DNA of 64,000 nucleotides, from IMG/VR virus record IMGVR_UViG_3300031159_000070, positions 32,001-96,000 of that record, one strand, 5' to 3'. The notes beneath the pieces are model-generated. The model was given only the letters and a program-made list of their open reading frames with translations, did not search any database and was not told where the DNA came from. The stretch comes from a virus. This document shows, in pieces, positions 57,401-64,000 of the stretch. Position numbers and translations under genes: made by a program. How positions within the stretch are numbered: position 1 is the stretch's first letter; each line of letters opens with the position of its first letter.

Positions 57401-60400
57401 CTGCGCACGCCGCTCGACAACGAGGCCGAGCAGGCCATGCGGCGCACGCCATACGCTCCGTTCCGTCAGGTGGGTGAAGGCGTTGACGAGTGGCCGGTCT
57501 ACGATCCGTCGTCCGGCGAGATGCTGGTCGGTCCGCCGAAAGCCCATCCCATCATTGTCCTTGGCCGCGAGCAGCGTGCGATCGATCCGACGGATGCGGC
57601 ATCGGCTCCGCTGTTCCGTCGGGCGCTGGGCACGCTCATCAATCGGTCCGGCCGTGCTCAGCCGTTGACGAATGAGATCGCCAAAGAGGCTGAGGAGATC
57701 GGCAATCGCTACGTCAAAGGCTTTTCTCTCGAGCGGTTCCTGCGCCGGCTCGATGCCGGCAATCTCTCGAAAGCGGATCGCTTTCTGCCTGAGCCGCGCG
57801 CCGACATCGTGCGCAAGGTGCGCGAGCTGATCGATGTCGATATGGAGCAATTCGGCGATGCCGCCGGGCCGCTCGGGCATGCGCTGCTGAAGAAGGATCC
57901 GGTGGCGTTCGCGCGCATGGTCTCGCAGCTGTCGGACGCGCGCATGAGCCAATACTTCCTCGACCGCGGCTATGATGCGACGCGCGCCGCAGTGGAGGGC
58001 GCGGAGCTCCAGCGTGGTGCCCGGCTGTTCGCTGAGCTGGTCGATGGCATCACCAAGGGCAAGGCGCGCGTCAAGTTCTACGACCTCGCCAACGTGGATG
58101 GAGCGCTCAGAACCTATCGTGGCAGAGAGCATCTGGCGCAGGCCTTTGAGGCTTGGTTCGCGCTGGAGTACAGCCCGAACCCGACCTGGCGCCGGATGAT
58201 CGATCACATGATGCCTGGGCTGGACGAGGTGATGCGTCGGGTGCTGAGGGCGCGCTCGCGCGAGGCGTTCCCGGACGTGTGGGCGCCGACGCTGCGCATG
58301 GCCCACAACCGGCGCATCGTGGCCGATCCGCGCGCCATCGATGTCGATCGTCTGACGTTTGAGCTGGAGGCGCCACCGGCCAGCATTGCCGCCGGCATAC
58401 GCGAGAGCGTGCGGCAGCGGTTCTATGACTACCTCGAGGGCGAAGGGTCGCTCGCCAAGCGCGTTCACAACCAGATCGCCAAGGACCTCGGTATCTCGCG
58501 GCAGGATGTCGAGGTGCTGATCCGTGAAGCGCAGCGCGCGGGCTGGGTCAGGGCTCAGGGTCGCGGCTTCCGCGTGGTGCCGGCCGACAGGCGTCCGCCG
58601 CGCCCCGTCGGCACGCCGGCCATCTCCCCGACGCAGCATCAGCGCGACCTATTCTACGACTATCTGGAAGGCAAGACCGGCGGCTCGGAGAAATCTCTCG
58701 GCTCGCTGAGCCAGGCTGCCTTGCGCGATCTGCAGCGCGAGATCGGCGCGACGCCGATACAGATGAGCCGCCTGACGTTTGAAGCGCAAGAGGTGGGCTG
58801 GCTCAAGCGCGATGCGCGCGGACAGCTCAGGCGCACATGGACCCGCGGTCTGGAGCGGACTGACAAGGCACCGCCGCCGCGGCCAAAGTCGCAAGATATC
58901 GAGCGGATCGAGGGGACACTTGGCACGCCTGCTGGTAGGATCGAACCGGCAGAGGCGCCGAAGCGACGGCGAGGTGACGATGGCGACTTTGGCGGAACTG
59001 GAGGCGCGGGAGAAGGACCTGCTGGGCCGGGCCCCCAAGGCGGAGGACTATCCGAACCCGGAGGCCTTCGCGGAAGCGAGAGCGAGCTGGATCCGAACAT
59101 ACGGGCCAGCGCTGAGGATCCTCCGCTCAGAAATCTCCCGACGCAGATCACAGTCCCGGGCCGCGGCAAGGTCACGTTCGGGCCGCTGAAGCAGGCGCGG
59201 CAAGCGGCAATCGACTACATGCGCGACGCGGGTCTGCCTTACAACCCGCCGCGCACCTACGTGAAAGTCGATCCGGCGCGTGCCAGGCGCATCGCCGAAG
59301 CCTATGAGGCGATGCCGCACAATCCCAACGATCCCGAGGTGAAGGCCGCCTTCAAGGCGATGATCGAGGAGACTCTGGCTCAGTATCAGTACATCAAGAA
59401 GACCGGTCTCAAGATCGAGATGATGGACCTCGATCAGCCCGACCCCTATGCCGCTTCGCCGCGGCTCGCTCATCTCGACGTCATCGAGAACAACCACCTC
59501 TGGGTCTATCCGACGGACGCCGGCTTCGGATCGAATGCCGATTTCGATGTCAGCGACAATCCGCTGATGCAGTTCACCGATGAGTACCTGAACGGCAAGC
59601 GCCTCAGGGCAAATGACGTGTTCCGCATCGTCCATGACTACTTCGGCCACTTCAAAGAGGGCGTCGGTTTCCGTGCAGATGGCGAGGAGAACGCGTGGCG
59701 CTCGCACAGCGCCATGTACTCGCCGCTCGCCCGGCGAGCGATGACGACGGAGACGCGCGGACAGAACTCCTGGGTCAACTTTGGCCCGCACGGTGAGAAG
59801 AACCGCACGGCCAAGGCCGAAGATACGATCTTCGCCGACCAGAAAACGGGCCTGCTCCCGCAATGGGTTGTTGACGAAGGCGCAGGCGATCCGCCGGACG
59901 TGACGCCCCCTGCGCAACCAGAGCCGACCCGAAACATTCTCGATCGGGCGCATCTCACAGAGCTTGTCCAGCGCATCGTCTCTGAAATGCGTGGTGTTCC
60001 GCTCGATCGCATCGCCCATCAGCGCCTCCCGGTGCGCACCGAGTCCGAACAGACGATGGTGAATGAGGTCTGGCGCCACGCCACGCTGTCGCCAGAGATC
60101 GAAAAGGTGATTTCAGGTGCCGAGTCCATCACGCTCTCTGAGCCGACCGACGGGCCCACCTACTACGATCCTGTGACGGGAACGCTTGAGATCGGCCGGC
60201 GCAATCCTTCGGCGCCTCAGGACCGGGTCTGGATCCGCCACGAGTTCGGCCACCACCTCGACCTGCCGATGACGCCGGACGGAACGGTGGTGCAGTATTC
60301 GGCCGCGCCAGAGTTCGGCCTGGCCAAAGCGATGCAGGCCGATCTCGAGCAGCTGGCGCGCAGCTACGCGCCTGATGCGAAGGTCGTCCTGCGTGCCGAG

Positions 60401-60844
60401 TCCGCGCTGCAGCGGTTCAAGGATCGTTACGGGATCGATCTTGCGAAAAACGTCTCTGATATTGGGCTTGCGCATCGCATGGCTGAATACGCGTTGACCG
60501 GCAATGCGGCGTTCCTGAAGCTGGTTGACCAGGCCGTGCGGACTGGTGCGATCAGAGACGCCAAGATCGCCAGCGAGTTCATGGTCTATTCAGACTTGAC
60601 GGCTGCGGTGACAAAGCTCAAGCTTGGCACCGGCCATCCTGAGACGTACTTCGCCGGTGGATTTGATATCGGCGAGGGTTACACGAGTCGTCATGCCAAT
60701 GAGGCATTCGCCAACTGGTTCGCGCTGCATTCGAGCGATGTGACCGGTTGGCGCCTGCTTATGCAGCAGTATTTCCCGCGCGTCGTGGAGTCCAATGCGT
60801 CGATCCTGGATCGCATGGGAGCCGATGCGCATGGCGAACAGTGA
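54452..60844 (+). CDS. MuF (SPP1 gp7-like) minor head protein with polyvalent extension (ART-like, wHTH-like repeats, zincin-like domains)
   Basis: LDNRTTPRCRSL...PPLHVNCRS; VYR...FLSGT...HELVLP; HDYFGH; HEFGH...NEAFANWF. Confidence 0.9.
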   Translation: MPDTRLDELVKHRIGLERYQTSILRQVIPVLHDAEQDLVQIIREKLFDPRLTLSEARRLETTLRMVRKAQLEAYEVIFKRLWSEYRGLSAHEADWAKSYYRDLFAVQHSIEVPSASMLVAAALERPMSGRHLKAWADKMTAEHIAEVERQIRLGVIEGESIDQMVRRLRGTEAFRFRDGVTAKQRRSLEALVRTSVNHITNAAHLSFLQQNPEVFKKVQFVAVLDNRTTPRCRSLSGQIFDVDKAPVPPLHVNCRSTLVGLPTAPDGTPAAEPLADVSYEEWLREQPVAVQEDVLGVAKAKLFRIGDLKLDRFVDHTGKELTLDQLKRQERAAWERTFLTAEDRRAMSVIRRVNSLVNRAPEDLRPLAEIGQRAWQFLRFHSSQWLEAVATQWSRPVDPELVSLVFLLDFFDGPVTVQLYRSSAFWRSIIRRGLRPRPALVYPHTRMPRGLIVHPTVRRVRGELFPPPGRSRSPVPVGPRPRPGEGIIIDIDPTRPPQPPTPRPIVPPRRPDSIIIPPGRRGPATRRPPADMPVPPPRAPVPTERLPHVMRVIPDKGAEAIIPKIADDVQSLPPPSPVRVLPSPQPSQLPARVPALTNNLPAPKNPLRITVPELEAELDRLLPKEGARFNVEDALRNLWNAFKQRGHDGFEILDSQGVPRVRIGINEDQLTTFLDRWRAARAAFDQAQRPLLPAPPARPALPGAARVADRIEVRPGAQAPNVIHLPYRPPPHPLPPHGVPGDLAAVAKNQLGNGIRAIEDLPKPRARRRVPLAPRIAARRAREAEARRLVAEQQIRDLLAELNEINAGLEGLRPISRQLQARADVLQRLTLQNRLETDVTVYRPVRWANFAERMGPSPARLDKVIFESPSFLSGTGNEITAFEAGARFGKGPLVVMRINLKKGDVALAGNREAHELVLPAGSRLKVTAVRRMRASEIPADLRNLYPQNQEFWLADIEMVRPGDPVDRAITAARTTQQRYVDRMLRTPLDNEAEQAMRRTPYAPFRQVGEGVDEWPVYDPSSGEMLVGPPKAHPIIVLGREQRAIDPTDAASAPLFRRALGTLINRSGRAQPLTNEIAKEAEEIGNRYVKGFSLERFLRRLDAGNLSKADRFLPEPRADIVRKVRELIDVDMEQFGDAAGPLGHALLKKDPVAFARMVSQLSDARMSQYFLDRGYDATRAAVEGAELQRGARLFAELVDGITKGKARVKFYDLANVDGALRTYRGREHLAQAFEAWFALEYSPNPTWRRMIDHMMPGLDEVMRRVLRARSREAFPDVWAPTLRMAHNRRIVADPRAIDVDRLTFELEAPPASIAAGIRESVRQRFYDYLEGEGSLAKRVHNQIAKDLGISRQDVEVLIREAQRAGWVRAQGRGFRVVPADRRPPRPVGTPAISPTQHQRDLFYDYLEGKTGGSEKSLGSLSQAALRDLQREIGATPIQMSRLTFEAQEVGWLKRDARGQLRRTWTRGLERTDKAPPPRPKSQDIERIEGTLGTPAGRIEPAEAPKRRRGDDGDFGGTGGAGEGPAGPGPQGGGLSEPGGLRGSESELDPNIRASAEDPPLRNLPTQITVPGRGKVTFGPLKQARQAAIDYMRDAGLPYNPPRTYVKVDPARARRIAEAYEAMPHNPNDPEVKAAFKAMIEETLAQYQYIKKTGLKIEMMDLDQPDPYAASPRLAHLDVIENNHLWVYPTDAGFGSNADFDVSDNPLMQFTDEYLNGKRLRANDVFRIVHDYFGHFKEGVGFRADGEENAWRSHSAMYSPLARRAMTTETRGQNSWVNFGPHGEKNRTAKAEDTIFADQKTGLLPQWVVDEGAGDPPDVTPPAQPEPTRNILDRAHLTELVQRIVSEMRGVPLDRIAHQRLPVRTESEQTMVNEVWRHATLSPEIEKVISGAESITLSEPTDGPTYYDPVTGTLEIGRRNPSAPQDRVWIRHEFGHHLDLPMTPDGTVVQYSAAPEFGLAKAMQADLEQLARSYAPDAKVVLRAESALQRFKDRYGIDLAKNVSDIGLAHRMAEYALTGNAAFLKLVDQAVRTGAIRDAKIASEFMVYSDLTAAVTKLKLGTGHPETYFAGGFDIGEGYTSRHANEAFANWFALHSSDVTGWRLLMQQYFPRVVESNASILDRMGADAHGEQ

Positions 60845-61130
60845 GCTCACACCTGCTGCCATCAGTGTCCTGGCCGATGAACCATTTGCCAAGCGGATCG
60901 AGGACAACGGGCGGGTGCTGTCCGTTGATCTCTTCTTCGATGGCCCAGAATGCAAGGCGCGGCTCAAAGCCGGCAAGATCGACATCGTCTTGAGCGCCGG
61001 CGGCGCGGAGCGGCTGTCGCACGTGCTTTATGAGGCGGCGCGCACGGCAGAGCGCAAGATGCACTGGGCCAAAGTTCGCGGGCTTTCGCCGGCGCCTACC
61101 GCGAGTGCGCAAGCCGATCTTTTTGGTTGA
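60831..61130 (+). CDS. Hypothetical protein overlapping the MuF stop
   Basis: GGAG SD; C-terminal QADLFG. Confidence 0.6.
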   Translation: MANSELTPAAISVLADEPFAKRIEDNGRVLSVDLFFDGPECKARLKAGKIDIVLSAGGAERLSHVLYEAARTAERKMHWAKVRGLSPAPTASAQADLFG

Positions 61131-61158
61131 AACAAATCAAAAAGCACTGAGCCGGCTG

Positions 61159-61368
61159 ATGTCCAAAGACAACTACGAGATCTTCCAGGATCTTCCTTGC
61201 GACAGGACGCTTCACGTCGTGCCGCTTGGCGATCTTCGCGAGCACGAGACAGAGCGCACGTGCTGGTGCCGACCGCGTCTCGAGATCGAGGGAGCCTATT
61301 GGATCCTCGTGCACAACAGCCTCGACGGCCGCGAGGCATTCGAGGAAGGCAGGAGAAAACCGTCGTGA
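61159..61368 (+). CDS. Small conserved His/Cys protein
   Basis: HVVPLGDLREH...CWCRP...VHNSLDGRE. Confidence 0.65.
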   Translation: MSKDNYEIFQDLPCDRTLHVVPLGDLREHETERTCWCRPRLEIEGAYWILVHNSLDGREAFEEGRRKPS

Positions 61369-61637
61369 CACTCACCATCTGTTGTCCCGCTTGCGGCTGG
61401 ACGGGGTCAAAAGAAGATCCACATGAAATCCTTCATAAGGTCCTGGATGAGCCGAAGCTCTCAGGAAAAGATGACCTCGCCTACCAACCCATTCGCTGCG
61501 GTGCCTGCGGACACGAGTTCTATCCGCTGGCAATTATAGGCGGCAAGCTCACCAGTCACTTCTTCGACGAAAACGGAAAGCGCTGGGAAGGCGATCAGAA
61601 GCATTTCTGGTGGAATCCGAATCCTGCCAATGCCTGA
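61365..61637 (+). CDS. Zn-ribbon protein
   Basis: CPACGW...CGACGHEF; AGGAG SD with GTG start. Confidence 0.6.
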   Translation: MTLTICCPACGWTGSKEDPHEILHKVLDEPKLSGKDDLAYQPIRCGACGHEFYPLAIIGGKLTSHFFDENGKRWEGDQKHFWWNPNPANA

Positions 61638-61851
61638 CCCTGTTTTTGATCACGGTCCCCTCAAGGATGATTGGGACCGTTATGCAGAGTTGTTCGGCCC
61701 GTTGCCGTTTCACGTTCACAAACTCGAGTCCAAAACACTGCGTGCGCTAGCAGATCTGATCTCAGCTGCAGTTGCGCGCGGCTCCCCAATCACAAAGTCC
61801 GAACTTGACGGGATCGGCTACGAGCACCCGCACCCTGGGCTTTTCCACTGA
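61630..61851 (+). CDS. Hypothetical protein
   Basis: Coupled ORF; YAELFG...LISAAVARGSPI. Confidence 0.55.
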   Translation: MPDPVFDHGPLKDDWDRYAELFGPLPFHVHKLESKTLRALADLISAAVARGSPITKSELDGIGYEHPHPGLFH

Positions 61852-61870
61852 ACTCAAGAGGGCACTGGCT

Positions 61871-62308
61871 ATGAGCAAGTCGAACGCCTTTGAAACGGCG
61901 CTGCTGAAGCTGATTTTCCAGAATACCGACATCACCAACCTTGGCGATGCGAATGGAGTTCTTGGCAGCGATACCGCCGGCAATCTCTATGTCAGCTTGC
62001 ATACCGGTGATCCCGGCGAGAGTGGTAATCAGGAAACCAATGAGGCTGACTATACCGGTTACGAGCGTGTCGCTGTGGTCCGATCTGCTTCGGGATGGAC
62101 GGTGAACGGGAACGCGGTCAATCCGGCTGCCAATATCGATTTTCCGCAGTGTACCGGTGGCACCAATACCATCACGCATTTTGGTGTCGGCACGGCAGCA
62201 AGCGGTACTGGTATGCTGCTCTACAAGGGAACAGTCACCCCGAACATCAATGTCAGCGAGGGCGTGACGCCAAGGCTGACTACCGACACGAATATCACCG
62301 AGGACTGA
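61871..62308 (+). CDS. Virion structural (tail-associated) protein
   Basis: MSKSNAFETALLKLIF; LYVSLHTGDPG; YTGYERVAV; ITHFGVG. Confidence 0.75.
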   Translation: MSKSNAFETALLKLIFQNTDITNLGDANGVLGSDTAGNLYVSLHTGDPGESGNQETNEADYTGYERVAVVRSASGWTVNGNAVNPAANIDFPQCTGGTNTITHFGVGTAASGTGMLLYKGTVTPNINVSEGVTPRLTTDTNITED

Positions 62309-62335
62309 TCGGTTCGATTCCGTCGGGATCGAACG

Positions 62336-62366
62336 GGGACCGCCTAGTGCGGTCCCTTTCTTTTTT
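62336..62366 (+). terminator. Rho-independent terminator
   Basis: GGGACCGC-ctagt-GCGGTCCC followed by TTTCTTTTTT. Confidence 0.8.
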
Positions 62367-62376
62367 GGGGTTCGCG

Positions 62377-63063
62377 ATGGGAAAGCTTTTCGATCTTGTG
62401 CGCGTCGTGACGAGCACGACCGGGCAGGGGACCATAACGCTTGGGCCGGCGGTTGATGGATTCCTGACGTTCGCCGAAGCCGGTGTGCAGAATGGCGACG
62501 TCGTCTCTTATGGCCTGCGCACTCTCGATGGTCAGCACGCCGAGGTCGGCGAGGGCACCTATTCCTCGAGCGGGCCGACGATGACGCGATCCGTCTCGGC
62601 TTCGACAAATGGCGGAGATCCCATCGACCTCGATGGACCAGCGGTCATCTTCATCACGCCGAGAGCCGTCGATTTTCTGCTGGCCGCCGTCGCGGCCGAT
62701 TTTCGTGTCGGCACTGCGCTCAACAAGGCGCTCACGCCGAAGGCGGTTTGGGACGGCGCCGAATACGTCTCGCTGACGGATGCGAGCACGATTGCCGTCG
62801 ACATGAGCGCCGGCTTCAATTTCCAGGTCACACTCGGCGGCAACCGGACATTAGGCAATCCGACGAGCGCCAAGCCTGGTCAATCCGGCGTGATCAAGAT
62901 CAATACCAACGGCAGCAACCGCACTTTGGCATTCGGCTCCAACTGGAAAGCGGCTGGCGGCGAGGCGCCGGATATCTCTGATACCGACACGATCGATCTG
63001 CTGTTCTACCACGTCGTCGAATCCGATTTCATCGTTTACTCCCTGCTGACGGACGTGAGCTGA
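62377..63063 (+). CDS. Tail fibre/virion-associated protein
   Basis: DLVRVVTSTTGQGTITLG; EVGEGTY; VTLGGNRTLGNPT..PGQSG. Confidence 0.7.
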   Translation: MGKLFDLVRVVTSTTGQGTITLGPAVDGFLTFAEAGVQNGDVVSYGLRTLDGQHAEVGEGTYSSSGPTMTRSVSASTNGGDPIDLDGPAVIFITPRAVDFLLAAVAADFRVGTALNKALTPKAVWDGAEYVSLTDASTIAVDMSAGFNFQVTLGGNRTLGNPTSAKPGQSGVIKINTNGSNRTLAFGSNWKAAGGEAPDISDTDTIDLLFYHVVESDFIVYSLLTDVS

Positions 63064-63107
63064 TGATCCTGGCTGCAACAGCCGGATAAGTCGCCGAGGG
63101 CGCGGCC

Positions 63108-64000
63108 GTGGCCAATAAGCCAACCGATATCCACTATGAAGGCCAGATTCTTTTCGGATCTGTCGGGCAGTTCGGTCTTGGTGACCCAGGGTTTCCCCGG
63201 GGCAGCGCTGTTGGAACCGCCGCCGGCTCATCATCTGCATCTGGTGGCGGTGGCCGGCTTACCGCACCACTTCTCCCTGTCCATCTCGTCGGGCATGTAC
63301 TTTTCGGCGCGATAGGACAGTTCGGGCTTGGGGATGCGGGCGATCTCAATCCGATCGTTGAAGCCGCTGGCTCCGCATCGGCCAGCGCTGAAGCCAACGC
63401 GTCAGCGACCACCGTTCTCTCATCGACCGCCTCGGCTGTCGGTTCGGCAACCAGCACAGGTGCTGGAACCGGCATATTCGATGCGGCGGCCAGCGCCGAT
63501 GGTGACGCGCAAGCATCGGCGACTGGCCTTGGTTTGGCGGTCGTCGCGGCAGTAGGCAGCGCATCAGGAACTTCGCAAGCAACGAGTGCGAGTGTTGCGA
63601 CTGCTGCAGCCTCCGGCAGCTCATCCTCGCTCGCAGAGCTTGTCGCAGTTGGTGCTGCGACCTCGGCCGCGGCAGCTTCGAGCTCTGCCGCAGCTACAGC
63701 TGCCGCCATTGGCGCTGCTGCGGTTCAAGCTATCGGTGTAAGCACTGGATCTTCTGCAGCCGAAGGAACGTCAGCGCCCGTTGCTGCTGGAGCCGGCGAG
63801 AGCGCTGCATCTGCTGCTGTTGCCGGCTCGCTTCACGCACGAGCCGATGCGACTGGCTCGGTTTCAGGAACGTCAACCGCATCAGCTGCGGCGTTGCTGA
63901 CAGCTGCGGCGACTGGCGCGAGTTCCGCAGCAGGCAGCGCAACAGCTGCCGGGCGAGAAGTTGCCCTCCAGACGCGCGTTGACCGCGAGGGCCACGTTCT
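63108..64000 (+). CDS. Ala/Ser/Gly-rich virion protein (partial, runs off window)
   Basis: GTG start after GAGGG; MANKPTDIHY..., repeated LFGxxGQFGLGD, then low-complexity A/S/G repeats; absent from ORF track, consistent with no stop in window. Confidence 0.65.
   Translation, partial: MANKPTDIHYEGQILFGSVGQFGLGDPGFPRGSAVGTAAGSSSASGGGGRLTAPLLPVHLVGHVLFGAIGQFGLGDAGDLNPIVEAAGSASASAEANASATTVLSSTASAVGSATSTGAGTGIFDAAASADGDAQASATGLGLAVVAAVGSASGTSQATSASVATAAASGSSSSLAELVAVGAATSAAAASSSAAATAAAIGAAAVQAIGVSTGSSAAEGTSAPVAAGAGESAASAAVAGSLHARADATGSVSGTSTASAAALLTAAATGASSAAGSATAAGREVALQTRVDREGHV

Larger units (their letters stand above)
1..64000. mobile_element. Large tailed dsDNA phage or prophage genome segment
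   Basis: TerS-TerL-portal-MuF head module, dense small-ORF early arm, phage-type ThyX and DUF3310; no host housekeeping operons seen. Confidence 0.95.

Noticed and set aside
52755-58639. Long minus-strand ORFs 52755-54374 and 56897-58639
   Set aside because: Shadows of the plus-strand head-module genes
62312-62334. GGTTCGATTCC resembling a tRNA T-arm
   Set aside because: Part of a simple hairpin after a stop codon; no acceptor, D or anticodon arms can be built
1-64000. Alternative genetic code, inteins, introns, diversity-generating retroelement
   Set aside because: TerL, portal, ThyX and RtcB are intact in the standard code with normal lengths; no RT or template/variable repeat pair noticed

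Overview
This window is 64 kb of a large, GC-rich tailed dsDNA phage or prophage. An alphaproteobacterial host is likely, inferred only from the gene families present. Left arm (1-39.2 kb, minus strand): a dense early/middle region of about 80 mostly small ORFs. Recognisable ones include ThyX, a PRTase, an AAA ATPase, RtcB, a Lar-like protein, a GIY-YIG endonuclease, DUF932, ParB and several families typical of conjugative elements. Several sigma70-type promoters drive this arm, and many overlap a recurring 17-bp palindrome, GT(A/C)TAG-N5-CTA(G/T)AC. Middle (39.3-43 kb): a ParB-like protein, a SAM-methyltransferase-like protein, DUF5131 and an XRE HTH protein. Right arm (43 kb to end, plus strand): TerS, TerL, HNH and portal, then four consecutive unknown genes sharing two short peptide motifs. 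Two of these four also share a ~210-aa N-terminal module fused to unrelated C-termini. They are followed by a 2130-aa MuF polyvalent protein with ADP-ribosyltransferase-like and zincin-like domains, and then virion/tail-like genes. The best novel-system candidate is the portal-to-MuF cluster, read as motif-tagged, virion-delivered effectors. Other candidates are the palindromic operator regulon and a heavily base-paired intergenic RNA lying among three basic proteins that share a motif. No tRNA, rRNA, CRISPR array, integrase, major capsid gene or reverse transcriptase was recognised. All family names are from motif recognition by eye, not database searches.
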